Below the pieces are notes generated by a model. The model saw nothing but the letters and a program-made list of their open reading frames with translations, was not told where the DNA came from and searched no databases. DNA of 55,761 bases from a virus (lineage: Duplodnaviria > Caudoviricetes): IMG/VR virus record IMGVR_UViG_3300037424_001314, positions 1-55,761 of that record, one strand, 5' to 3'. Of this stretch, positions 16,147 to 26,393 are shown one piece after another. Position 1 is the stretch's first letter. Each line of letters opens with the position of its first letter. The position numbers were made by a program, and so were the translations under genes.

Positions 16147-19100
16147 ATGGCGACCAACAACAAGCAATTTGAAGTGAAGTTCGTCGTGCAGGCCCTTGAC
16201 CAGGCTGGGGCAGTCCTGACCGCTATCAGGGCGAAACTTGAGGGGTTGGGGCAGTCCGCTCAACAGGTCGGTCAGAAGGCGACTCAGGCCGGTAATCAGA
16301 TCGCTGTGGGTCTACAGCAAGCACAACAAGCCGCGGAACAACTCAGAAACAAAATCGAGAGTGTCGGTCAATCGCTAGTGGGGATGGGAGTATCGCTAGC
16401 CGCGGTTGGCGGAGGCATGCTTGCGCCCGTGGTTCTGGCAACGAAAAGCGCCGGCGACTTTGAACACGCCATGAACAAAGTCCGGGCCGTAGCGAACATG
16501 ACGCCGGAGGACTTCAAGAAAGTTACAGACAGCGTGCGGCAGATGGGGGCTACTACCGTATTCTCGTCTACCCAGGCAGCGGGAGGGCTACTGGAGATTT
16601 CCCGTGCTGGCTACAATGCGACTCAGGCAATGGCGACATTGCCGACAGTTTTACAACTCGCGGCAGCGGAAGAACAGAACGCTGGCGAGGTGGCTGAAGG
16701 TCTGATCAACATCCTGAATGGATTCGGGTTGAAGGCCGAAGACGCGAGCCGGGCCGGCGACGTGCTGAGCCGGACGTCTAACGACACCACTACCAGCATG
16801 CGGGAGCTGACGGAAGCGTTTAAGTTTGTTGGCCCCATCGCATCGACTGTCGGGATGTCTTTGGAACAGACGGCGGCAAGCCTCGGCGTGTTGAGCAATA
16901 ACGGTATCAAGGGCTCTGAAGCTGGAACCGGTCTGCGGAGGATGATAGAAAAACTTTCGGATCCTACCGGCGAAGCCCGGAACGCTCTAGCACGTCTTGG
17001 TGTAGAGATCGCAAAGCAGTCGAACGGGAATGTTGATCTTGCCGCGACCTTTGACAGGCTGCAAAAAGCCGGGCTAACAGCGAAGGATGCCTTTCAGATA
17101 TTCGGGGTCTATGGGGCCACGAGTGCCGTGGTCCTCACGAAGAACCGTGAAGAGATCGAGAAGCTCACAACAGCTAATCAGGCCGCATCTGGGTCTCTCA
17201 AGGAGATGACGAACGTAGCCACGGCTGGCATGAATGCGGCACTGACTCGGCTCTCGAATGCGTTTGACGAGCTGGTTAAGACGTTGGGCACTCCGTTTCT
17301 GGCTGCTGTGAAGGGTGCCGCGGATTGGCTATCTGGTCTAATGAACTGGATTTCAGCAACGGCGAAGGAATGGCCGAAACTCTCTGCTGCCATCGGTTAC
17401 GTCATGGCCGGGCTTGGAGCAATAGGAGTCGTGGCCGGGCTGCTCGTAACGGCTATGGGCGGTCTGTTCATTGCCGTGGCCGCCGTGAGCAAAGGATGGG
17501 CTGCGCTCGGGACAATAAAGCAAACGATACTCGGTCTGTTCCAACGATCTTCCCAAGCAATCCGCGAATCGACAGCGGTCTTGAATGCCAATACCCAGGC
17601 TGTAACCGCGAACGCCTCCGCTCAACAAAAGGCGAGCTTGGTCAGTCGCCAGAATCAGGCCGCCATCGACGCTCTGAATGTACCGTATTCAGGTCGGACT
17701 GGCCGCCAACCTACGGCAGGAGGCGCTCCAGTTGCTACCCCGGGACAGCAACCTGGTAGCGGAGGCGCTCTTGGCTGGAAGATCATGGCCGATGGAGGCG
17801 CCAAGGCTACCGTCGTCATGGCTGGATTGTCTGCTGTCCTGTCCGGTTCCCTGAATCCCGGCATCGGAACGATGGGCGATGCTCTCGCCAATACGGGGAC
17901 CACACTGGGAACCCTTGCCATGAATATCGGGTTCCTCGGGCCTGTTATGGGGACCATCGCAACAGGATTTTCGTCATGGGTCCAGGTTATACCTCAACTC
18001 AGTGAGGCCCTTGCGTTTCTCGCACAGGACACCAAGGATGCATTCAGTTCCTTGCCCGAATCTATCAAAGAGTCGCTGAATGCGATGTTGCCGTTTATTA
18101 ACTACCTTGAAACGATAATAGGTAAAGGGCCATCCACAGCCGGAAGCGCATCTTCCCCCGGAAAGAACGCTGAGCTCGCGGAGTCGTTCATATCCACGGA
18201 ATTTGCCAAAGCTGGGGGCATTGGTTCCGGGGGTATCAATTACAAGAGTATAGTCGCTGAATTCAAGAAAGCCTTCGGCGACAAGGCGCTGACCGCAGAC
18301 CTTGAGAAAGCCCTCAGTCATGCCTACTTCCAGAGTACACAGAGCTTTAAGAAGAACATGGAGCAGGTTGGCAATGAGCTGGCAGCTCAAGGCATTCAAG
18401 GCGGCCCCATCCGAACACTTGACCAGCAAATCGGAGACGTGAAGGCCAAGGCCGATATTGAACTGAAGACTATTGGGGTGACGGCCAAACAAAGACAAGC
18501 CGCCATCAAGCAGGAGGACGAACAAACCAAGGCATCATTGACCGCCTCGATTCAGTCCGAACAACTGCGAGCCGCTGCGATCCAGAACTACGAGATAGGA
18601 TTGTCCGCACGGCGCATACAAATTGCCCAGGATACCTACGCGAAGACCATTAACCTGAAAGAGGCTGAGATTGAGGCGTTGCGGGCGCTCTATACCAAGC
18701 AAGCTAAGGAGGAAGGCGACAAGGCCCAGGAAGCCAATCAGAAGCTCATTGAACTCGATAAGCAACAGACCGAGTTGCGGTTGGTTGAAGGCCAGAAGCT
18801 CACGGATTCCATAAACCAGGAACTCGATAAGCAGCTTGCCAAGCGCACGGAATACGAAAAGAAGATCCAAGATCTTGCTACGCAATCACAGGATGTTCAG
18901 AAGTCCACAGCGGATGCTCTGCGGAATCTTCAGGTAGGGGCCGCGTCGGAATACGACCAGCTCAAAATGAAGCTGTCCGACGCACAAGCGAAGTTGAAGC
19001 AAGCCGCGGACCTGATGCCTACCTTCCCGGAGCGGGCCATGAAGCTCGCACAGGATGCACAACAGGCATTTGCGGGCCTCGGTCAGAATATCGCTGCGTT

Positions 19101-20235
19101 GCAGCAGAACATGAAGACGAGCGCTCAGGCCATTGCGGACGCTCAGCGATCCGTGGCAACGTCGGGATTGACCGGGACAGCGAAGTGGCTTTCTGAAGTC
19201 CAGAACGTTCAGACTACGATACAGAGAGCACGAGAAGCGCAGGCCGCTGGCCAGACAAAAGAGGCGGAAGCTTTTTACAAGCAAGCGCTTGGGCAGGCTC
19301 AGGGCGTTGGGAGTAGCTCGGATGTCAGTAAAGGGCAGGCTCAGGGTACGGCGCAGGAACTCATAAGCACTATCGGGAGTGAACTCCTCGCGGTCAACCA
19401 AGGTCAGGTCGATACAGCGAAACAATATCAGGAACAGGCCACCAAGGGCGTCCAACAGGCTGGGCAATTGCAGCTTGATGGCATCAAGAACCAAATGGAT
19501 GCCACCAAGGCCCTGATCATAGCGCTGGAGAAAAACACAGAAGCATTAACGGGGCAGCGAGATCTAGCAAAGGCCGAAGAATTACTACAGCGGGCAACCA
19601 CCACTGCGGCCGCGGCCCAAACAGGCCCGAATGCCTCCACTTCTCCGCTGGCTGGCGCTCCCACCTTGCTGGGGGCCTTCAGAAGCCCAGAGACTGCGGC
19701 CATAATAGGACCAGCCGATGCCGAGAAGGCTCAGTTTGAAGCGGAGGCCCGTAGGCTCGCAGAGGAACAGACGCGTTTGGGTGGGTCGCGTAATCCCATT
19801 CAAGCCCAAATTGACACAGCGTTTCAACCATCTGATGAATGGAGAAGATCAAATTCCCCCGACAGCGCCACGATGCTTCGATATGATTATGAAGATAAGC
19901 AGAGGATGGCTACGGACCCGACAAAAGAACGTGCGGGCCTATTGCAACGCGCTTACGACGCAGCCAATGCGAGGAAACAAGAAATCGAGGGGAACATAGC
20001 CGGGGCTGCACAAGGACGGCTTGATGCATATCAGGGAAGCAAAACGAGCGAAACCCAGGCAGGAGCATCTCCAATTGAGCAGGGCGCTACCAAGATTGAC
20101 GAAGCGGCTACCAAACACATGGTGGTAGCAGATAAGCTGCTCGTCTTCGCTGACAAGCTGGCAAACATCAAAGAGAATATCACGATCCTAATACAGGACA
20201 GCACGGGAACGTTACAGACATGGAGTAACGTATGA
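16147..20235 (+). CDS. Tail tape measure protein (TP901-like core)
   Basis: 1362 aa, Ala/Gln-rich; FEHAMNKVRAV...TVFSSTQAA...GIKGSEAGTGLR. Confidence 0.95.
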   Translation: MATNNKQFEVKFVVQALDQAGAVLTAIRAKLEGLGQSAQQVGQKATQAGNQIAVGLQQAQQAAEQLRNKIESVGQSLVGMGVSLAAVGGGMLAPVVLATKSAGDFEHAMNKVRAVANMTPEDFKKVTDSVRQMGATTVFSSTQAAGGLLEISRAGYNATQAMATLPTVLQLAAAEEQNAGEVAEGLINILNGFGLKAEDASRAGDVLSRTSNDTTTSMRELTEAFKFVGPIASTVGMSLEQTAASLGVLSNNGIKGSEAGTGLRRMIEKLSDPTGEARNALARLGVEIAKQSNGNVDLAATFDRLQKAGLTAKDAFQIFGVYGATSAVVLTKNREEIEKLTTANQAASGSLKEMTNVATAGMNAALTRLSNAFDELVKTLGTPFLAAVKGAADWLSGLMNWISATAKEWPKLSAAIGYVMAGLGAIGVVAGLLVTAMGGLFIAVAAVSKGWAALGTIKQTILGLFQRSSQAIRESTAVLNANTQAVTANASAQQKASLVSRQNQAAIDALNVPYSGRTGRQPTAGGAPVATPGQQPGSGGALGWKIMADGGAKATVVMAGLSAVLSGSLNPGIGTMGDALANTGTTLGTLAMNIGFLGPVMGTIATGFSSWVQVIPQLSEALAFLAQDTKDAFSSLPESIKESLNAMLPFINYLETIIGKGPSTAGSASSPGKNAELAESFISTEFAKAGGIGSGGINYKSIVAEFKKAFGDKALTADLEKALSHAYFQSTQSFKKNMEQVGNELAAQGIQGGPIRTLDQQIGDVKAKADIELKTIGVTAKQRQAAIKQEDEQTKASLTASIQSEQLRAAAIQNYEIGLSARRIQIAQDTYAKTINLKEAEIEALRALYTKQAKEEGDKAQEANQKLIELDKQQTELRLVEGQKLTDSINQELDKQLAKRTEYEKKIQDLATQSQDVQKSTADALRNLQVGAASEYDQLKMKLSDAQAKLKQAADLMPTFPERAMKLAQDAQQAFAGLGQNIAALQQNMKTSAQAIADAQRSVATSGLTGTAKWLSEVQNVQTTIQRAREAQAAGQTKEAEAFYKQALGQAQGVGSSSDVSKGQAQGTAQELISTIGSELLAVNQGQVDTAKQYQEQATKGVQQAGQLQLDGIKNQMDATKALIIALEKNTEALTGQRDLAKAEELLQRATTTAAAAQTGPNASTSPLAGAPTLLGAFRSPETAAIIGPADAEKAQFEAEARRLAEEQTRLGGSRNPIQAQIDTAFQPSDEWRRSNSPDSATMLRYDYEDKQRMATDPTKERAGLLQRAYDAANARKQEIEGNIAGAAQGRLDAYQGSKTSETQAGASPIEQGATKIDEAATKHMVVADKLLVFADKLANIKENITILIQDSTGTLQTWSNV

Positions 20236-20636
20236 GCACCCCCTGCACAATAGGAAGCGTAACATTCACCTACCCGCTGATACGTGTCAACCCTGACGAT
20301 CCTGTGATTCTCGGTAGCGACGTTCGTACCAAAGACGGCAACATGGTGTCTCTCGAATACGAGTCGCCTGTGCAAGACATGGTAGAGAAGCTCATTTTCG
20401 ATTGGGAACCGTGGAGTAACGTGGCGAGCCTCAAGGCTATGTGCAAATCAGGGGGAAGTTATTCAGCAAATTTAGGGGATGGCTCCGTTACTGTTCGTTT
20501 TGCACGAGCTAATGGTGTGACAAACGTGAAACATTCCTATTTAAATAACGACAAGCGCGCTCTGCATCCACAGGTTCATAGTAAAAGACAGGATCGCTGG
20601 ACCGGAGAGCTAAACCTGATTATAGAGGCTCCCTAA
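20232..20636 (+). CDS. Probable distal tail protein
   Basis: Directly after the tape measure gene with ATGA overlap. Confidence 0.55.
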   Translation: MSTPCTIGSVTFTYPLIRVNPDDPVILGSDVRTKDGNMVSLEYESPVQDMVEKLIFDWEPWSNVASLKAMCKSGGSYSANLGDGSVTVRFARANGVTNVKHSYLNNDKRALHPQVHSKRQDRWTGELNLIIEAP

Positions 20637-22660
20637 TGGGTGCTATCCCTGGATTCAAAGTCGAAGTGTTGCGGAACGATAGCCCCGTTCGCGTGAAATC
20701 CGGTTCCCTCACCTGGGAGCATGGCAAGGCTGCGCGATCATGGGATCTGACGTTCGCTGAACCGATAAACGTATCAGTCGATGATCTGTGGGACATCTCT
20801 CTCGGGTTCGCGGGGAACCTATGGCCGAAGGTGACAGACGGGACAGCACTGAAAAGCTCGATCAGTGACGGAGTGAACCAAGCGACGACTCAGATTTCCT
20901 CGGATGGTGGGTTCGATGTTGTTCAGGACATACTGAACTATGCGGTCCCGCAAACCTACTGCTTTATTAACTCGGATTGGTTATCGGACGTTGACCCCAC
21001 GGCCCGCATTGTTGACGGCGTGGTCCTGGGTAACGGTACCTCGGGAACCAGACTTTTCCACCCGCGGTTACCCGGCAAGGACATTGAAGACGAAAACATT
21101 AAGTGCATCATGGGGCCGCGGACACATCACGACATTGGCCGGTATTTAGCAAACCTCGTGGGGTTTGATTTCGTGTGCAACACCCCAGACATTGACCTCG
21201 TAGACACCTTCACCGTGCCCAGTGGAACTATTTGGTGGGAGGCTATCAAGGCGAATTTCGCGATCTGGCAACCGACTTTTCAGATCATTCCCGCAAAAGA
21301 CGCGTCCAGCCGCCCCACGATCTACGTACTGGACGTAGAGGGGGATGACGCAAGCATCGAGACCTTACAGACGATGACGCTGAGCAACGCTACAATCGTA
21401 TCTGTGAGCACGTCTGACGACCGGAGTCGGAAGATCGTTGATCATCTGATTGTGATGGGGCGCAACTTTAGGAACAGAACCAATCAATGGGACAAGCCGG
21501 ACATGGCTCTCGTCAAGCTCACTCCCGTGGAGATGTCTGTTGACGAGACTGTGACTTCTTCGATCTCCTATCTGTCGTCAGCGGCTCAGGCGGCAAAAAA
21601 TCTAGGGGAGATGGAGGTCTATAGCAATACTTTCGGGGCAGGCGTCTTGCAATACCTCCCAGAGCGTGCGGACCGGCAAGAGATTTCGATAGGCTATCAT
21701 GTCGAGCGTGGCGCAAAAGGTGAGCGCTGGATTCCAATCACCCAGACAGTTAGCGTCTTTGGAACGGCCGGAAACGAGCTGTCCCGGGTGGTCACAGCAT
21801 ACAAGTATTCTAAGAGCAAACAGATTTTGGAGACGTATGTCAATGAATACGGGCGTGTCTGGTTTTTCAAAAAAAACGGGAGCGATTTTACGTTTGAAGC
21901 GCAGTGGATGTGGACCAAACAGAAGGCCACGTTCCAGGACATTTTCAAAAATGCCCCCGATCTCTCCATGACTCGCGAGGTGATTCACGAGGTCATCGTG
22001 TGCGACAAAATTCAAGAAGCTTATGTGGATCCTAAGCGACTGAGCGACATTATCCGTAACAACTCATCCCGAGACATGATCGACAAAGATTATCAATACC
22101 TGTTAACCTGTTTGACAGCCCAGCGGTGGACAGAAATCAGCAGGTCGGACCCGTATACACTCATCAAGCGCGATTGGGAATTTGACACGCTCTCTGGTAG
22201 CTCTAAGTTTCAAGACCAGATACTCGAAACTCCGATCAAGGACAAGAAGGCTTCTGGCAAGAGCAAAGATGATGTTTTTAGGCGGGAATATTTCAAAGTC
22301 GGCGCCGGGAAGTTCATCAATGGGATACGCTGCTATCATCCTGCGCAGACGGTGAAACATGACGATATAGACAGCGAGACAATCTGCGAACAGATCAGGG
22401 ACCGAGTTTTCAACCGGACCGCAGAAGGCGTCTCTCCGCGCAACCTCCAAATTACCGTCAAGACCCCTGTTCCTATTCCGATCGAGACAATGGCGATGCG
22501 GGTGATTCTCCCCGATTCGCCCTGGACGGTCAACGGAACGGTCGTCACTATTCCGGGGGGAACCTATTACCTGAAGCGCGTTCAGGAGTCGTTTTCGTTT
22601 GAGGATGGCGGCGAACTGAAATACGATCAAACGCTAACCCTCGTAGAGAGCTTGTCATAA
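20636..22660 (+). CDS. Probable tail hub/tip protein
   Basis: 674 aa, beta-rich; position in the tail module. Confidence 0.55.
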   Translation: MGAIPGFKVEVLRNDSPVRVKSGSLTWEHGKAARSWDLTFAEPINVSVDDLWDISLGFAGNLWPKVTDGTALKSSISDGVNQATTQISSDGGFDVVQDILNYAVPQTYCFINSDWLSDVDPTARIVDGVVLGNGTSGTRLFHPRLPGKDIEDENIKCIMGPRTHHDIGRYLANLVGFDFVCNTPDIDLVDTFTVPSGTIWWEAIKANFAIWQPTFQIIPAKDASSRPTIYVLDVEGDDASIETLQTMTLSNATIVSVSTSDDRSRKIVDHLIVMGRNFRNRTNQWDKPDMALVKLTPVEMSVDETVTSSISYLSSAAQAAKNLGEMEVYSNTFGAGVLQYLPERADRQEISIGYHVERGAKGERWIPITQTVSVFGTAGNELSRVVTAYKYSKSKQILETYVNEYGRVWFFKKNGSDFTFEAQWMWTKQKATFQDIFKNAPDLSMTREVIHEVIVCDKIQEAYVDPKRLSDIIRNNSSRDMIDKDYQYLLTCLTAQRWTEISRSDPYTLIKRDWEFDTLSGSSKFQDQILETPIKDKKASGKSKDDVFRREYFKVGAGKFINGIRCYHPAQTVKHDDIDSETICEQIRDRVFNRTAEGVSPRNLQITVKTPVPIPIETMAMRVILPDSPWTVNGTVVTIPGGTYYLKRVQESFSFEDGGELKYDQTLTLVESLS

Positions 22661-23784
22661 TGGCTGATTTTGAACTCTATACATCAGACGACGAACTCTT
22701 GACTTCTCTGAGTCTTGGCACGCTATTTGCCGGGACAACCCCGTCGGCTCGCGAGCTGAAAATCAAAAACGTCAGTGGATCGACAATCACGTCTTGTAGA
22801 ATTGTCTGTTCAAACCGAGTCTACCAGGAAGAGGCCGGACCGTTTGCGGCTGAATCTCAGGACGGCGAGGTCAACCCGGTTGCGGACGATGACGCTACAG
22901 GTAGCGCGATCACGTTCACCGCGGGCGCCGGAGCTGGACAGGTCAATCTGCTCATTGACGGTGTTGGCCCCGATGTTATTGACGAGGCTGGCGCCACAAT
23001 CTACAGCGCAACGGATCTTGAAGCGGACGGGTCTACGCTCTACAGGGTGGCCGATTCAGACCCTCTGCAAGGGTTTGCCTTCGCTTTGAATGCGGACGTC
23101 ACAGCGGCGAGCACAGGCACGCTGCATTCGTCTGACGGCGGAGACTGCACCAGGCTAGTCGATAGCGCTGGCGTGGAGGAATTCGGGCCTGATGGGATAA
23201 TAGCAACGGAGACAGGGCAGACGGCCGGAACGGTGTTGAACAATGGTGAGGTTGAATTCGATTTACAGATTGACGCGTCGCTTGCAAAAAATGCCTCATT
23301 GAATCCGAGATCTTTCTCTCTGCGCGTCGTGGGTCTAAAGGGCGCTGCTGAGACAGTGACGGAGTTTCTAGGTTCGTTTTTATTGGTCAGGTATAACTCT
23401 CAATACCTGGTGTGGAGGATTTACCTAACACAACCGAGTTATGCGGCCCCCCACTATGACGTTGACGCTACAGAGAGCGCAGACGGAGCGTATATTGAAG
23501 ATCCTGACGACCCCGGCTATTACATCCTAGACACGCGCCAGCATTACACGGCAACTGGGGTTCCGGATGACGACGGAGCGTACATTGAAGACCCCCTGAA
23601 CCCAGGAATCTACATCCTCGATCCAGACACGCATTATGATGTTGTCACAACGGCGAACGAGGCAGGCGAATACATTGTTGACGATGCGCGTCCGTGGTCT
23701 GTTTTGCGGGACACTGGGGGGGGTGAAGGTAATTATGATAGTTGGAAGGACATTTTAGCCGAAAACGGCGTGGTGATTGCCTAA
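22660..23784 (+). CDS. Acidic virion protein with 30-aa C-terminal repeats
   Basis: DGAYIEDPxxPGxYILD twice plus a degenerate third copy. Confidence 0.6.
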   Translation: MADFELYTSDDELLTSLSLGTLFAGTTPSARELKIKNVSGSTITSCRIVCSNRVYQEEAGPFAAESQDGEVNPVADDDATGSAITFTAGAGAGQVNLLIDGVGPDVIDEAGATIYSATDLEADGSTLYRVADSDPLQGFAFALNADVTAASTGTLHSSDGGDCTRLVDSAGVEEFGPDGIIATETGQTAGTVLNNGEVEFDLQIDASLAKNASLNPRSFSLRVVGLKGAAETVTEFLGSFLLVRYNSQYLVWRIYLTQPSYAAPHYDVDATESADGAYIEDPDDPGYYILDTRQHYTATGVPDDDGAYIEDPLNPGIYILDPDTHYDVVTTANEAGEYIVDDARPWSVLRDTGGGEGNYDSWKDILAENGVVIA

Positions 23785-24206
23785 TGTATTGGCTTTACGG
23801 CGCAAATAAGGTTGCTTCTCCGAACGTCCCCGCGTACACGGCAGGAACGACGTTGGACTATACACTGACTCTTGTTGCTGAGACGGGGGACGGGCTCACG
23901 AACGCGTATCTTGCGGTATTGCAACCGGCTCACGCGGGCTTGATCCAGGCGAAGCGCCACACCGACGCGACATACCAGAATATCGAAATGATTGGATACC
24001 CGGTCTGCTGGCTGAATACCATCCCAGACGGCACGTCGGTTGCGATCGACTTCAGAATTTCCTTGCCTTTGGGAACGCCGGACGGTCTTTATGCCCCTGC
24101 GGTTGTGGTGGCCTATGGCGACGACGTTGAACCGCCGAACCCCTACTACGGCGGGACGGACACGAGATACTATGGCAGCGATCGACCTGACTATTATGGA
24201 GACTAA
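23784..24206 (+). CDS. Hypothetical tail protein
   Basis: TAATG coupling; in operon. Confidence 0.55.
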   Translation: MYWLYGANKVASPNVPAYTAGTTLDYTLTLVAETGDGLTNAYLAVLQPAHAGLIQAKRHTDATYQNIEMIGYPVCWLNTIPDGTSVAIDFRISLPLGTPDGLYAPAVVVAYGDDVEPPNPYYGGTDTRYYGSDRPDYYGD

Positions 24207-24209
24207 ATT

Positions 24210-26393
24210 ATGCCGACAATCTCCTCACCTACATACGTTTCAGGAACTGAGTTCACCAAGGCCGGGAACCAGACTGCGATTCTGAAGGCTCGCGTTCAGG
24301 TGCTTGCCCTGCAAGGGGTTGACGGGAGCGCTGAGTCTGAGATCTTGTCAGCAAGTTATTCAGCGGGTCCGAATCTAACAACTTGCATACTCACCGATTC
24401 GATTTTGACTGCGAACCTGGCCACAATCGAGACGGGGTTCACTGACCCGGCGTCTCTATGCGGACACGACCACCCCGAGATACCGGCTTCTGTGTTGACG
24501 AGCGGCGACATAACCGTGCTTGATGGTATTCCGGGGTTGACTGGCGTGCTCATTGGCAAAAACACGGTGGCGCCAGAGGCGGTTGCGGCAGACGCGGCGT
24601 GCGAGTATCTGAGGCGGAATGTTGCGAATTCGGCTTATGAGTTCGAATCCCTCCAATTCCTACGGACCGGGACTGCTGGGGAGACGCTCGCACAATACAA
24701 TGTGGTTTACACGAAAACGACAGACTCGGGGAAATGCTGGAAAGCGCAAGCGGACGGTACAGAAGAGGAGCGGGACGCCTGGGGGATGGTCCTTGAAAGC
24801 GGTGGTATCGCTGCTGCGGGGACAGGCGCAATCCTCCATACCGGATTCGTCACGAACGGATCGTGGACATGGACGCCCGGAGCGAAACTGTATCTTTCGG
24901 ATACTGCCGGGGGACTGACCGAGACAGAACCTACGAACGCTGTTGTCCTTGCTCATGCTGTAACGGCGACGACTATTCTGTTCATTCCTGGTACGGGTGG
25001 CGGAAGTGCCTCAAGTGGAACCTCTATCAAGCATGTCACGACGGATGCCGCCCTGGCAGCTCTAACGAGTGTAGGTGAGCCATTACATACTGTCGGAACT
25101 GTTGCCGGGTGGGGACAAGCACGTGCATCAAGTGGTCCAGGATCATCTTCTAATGCTCAAGGATCATGCGGTATTGTTGAGTCCATCAGCGGGAATGATG
25201 TCACGATCGTCACGTGTGGCGAGATAACCGGGCTGTCTGGATTTACAGCGGCAACGCTGTATTACATTTCTCCGGACATCTATGGCGCTCTGGTGACAGC
25301 AGATCCTAGAATAACAAACCCGCAAGCGGAGAGCCGACCGATATTGTACGCGCTGACGACGACAACCGGGATAGTCATTCAATCCAGGGAGATTCAAAAC
25401 CCTCTCGTTACTCCAGCACGCTACGCGACCGCCTCCAGAGGCAACAATTTCTACAAGACAGGCAATACGACGTTCTTTGTCCCCTGGGACTACTACTACT
25501 ATGATTCTGCGGATAGTGCTTTGCGGTGGGATTGCACGCCCGGAGAGATTGACGTTGCAAACGCATATGTTGCGGCGACTACCGGTGGAATTCTCGGCGG
25601 CAAGATTGCAAACTCCTGGTATTCCGTGTGGCTGGTCTCGGGTGCTAGCGCATCTTATGATGTGATGCTCTTGCCGCTCGTCCGCATCAAAACGATTGCG
25701 TTTTCTACAGACACGACTATCACACTCGCGGATCACGATACAGGAGCGAGTGAAGAAAACGGTTTTCTGACGGCTACCGGCGCCTGGGATGGGTTCCTGT
25801 TGACGAAGCCGGACTTTAGTGTGGGTTACAATTTGGATGTTTCAACTTCAGGTTCTCCGGACACACTCGTCTTTACTGGGGTTGACGTTACGGACTTGGG
25901 GGCTGTAGGGGATTTTCTGCTACTGAAGCCCGCCCAAGACATCGAACCTCTCTACCTCGGAATCCTCCGTATTGACGGGTCCGGGAATATCCGAAATTTT
26001 CTCAAAGACGGACAAAGCTACACGTTCCCTGGAGTGACGGTGGCAGGGGTGACGCACGCTACCACCGAAGGCAACACGTCGCTAGTGACCGCGATTTCGC
26101 CGTTTGCCAAGAGCGTTTCCGGCTATACCATAGCTAACAGCGGGGCGAATTCATCGGATCGAGTATCCGCCGAGCTGTTCTGGGGGACGAGCGGAACTGA
26201 CGTATTTCAGGAAAATGGAGCGGGGCAACAGGCTGTTGGCGCCTACATGCAAGACAAAAGTCCTTTCTTCAAAATGCCGGTATCCGTGGGGTGTTTGGTC
26301 CGCAACCTCTTTCGTTATTGGAGCGGCGCAACCGGCTACGCTGCTGACACTGGGGATTTTGTAATCAACGGGTTTGAGGACAGCCTGATCTAA
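24210..26393 (+). CDS. Tail fibre-like protein
   Basis: G/T/S/A-rich; duplicated GAKLYLSDTAG / ATLYYISPDIYG modules. Confidence 0.65.
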   Translation: MPTISSPTYVSGTEFTKAGNQTAILKARVQVLALQGVDGSAESEILSASYSAGPNLTTCILTDSILTANLATIETGFTDPASLCGHDHPEIPASVLTSGDITVLDGIPGLTGVLIGKNTVAPEAVAADAACEYLRRNVANSAYEFESLQFLRTGTAGETLAQYNVVYTKTTDSGKCWKAQADGTEEERDAWGMVLESGGIAAAGTGAILHTGFVTNGSWTWTPGAKLYLSDTAGGLTETEPTNAVVLAHAVTATTILFIPGTGGGSASSGTSIKHVTTDAALAALTSVGEPLHTVGTVAGWGQARASSGPGSSSNAQGSCGIVESISGNDVTIVTCGEITGLSGFTAATLYYISPDIYGALVTADPRITNPQAESRPILYALTTTTGIVIQSREIQNPLVTPARYATASRGNNFYKTGNTTFFVPWDYYYYDSADSALRWDCTPGEIDVANAYVAATTGGILGGKIANSWYSVWLVSGASASYDVMLLPLVRIKTIAFSTDTTITLADHDTGASEENGFLTATGAWDGFLLTKPDFSVGYNLDVSTSGSPDTLVFTGVDVTDLGAVGDFLLLKPAQDIEPLYLGILRIDGSGNIRNFLKDGQSYTFPGVTVAGVTHATTEGNTSLVTAISPFAKSVSGYTIANSGANSSDRVSAELFWGTSGTDVFQENGAGQQAVGAYMQDKSPFFKMPVSVGCLVRNLFRYWSGATGYAADTGDFVINGFEDSLI

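Noticed and set aside
16623-20375. Many antisense and alternate-frame ORFs in the track, here and elsewhere
   Set aside because: They are shadows of long, well-supported genes and lack RBS or motifs.
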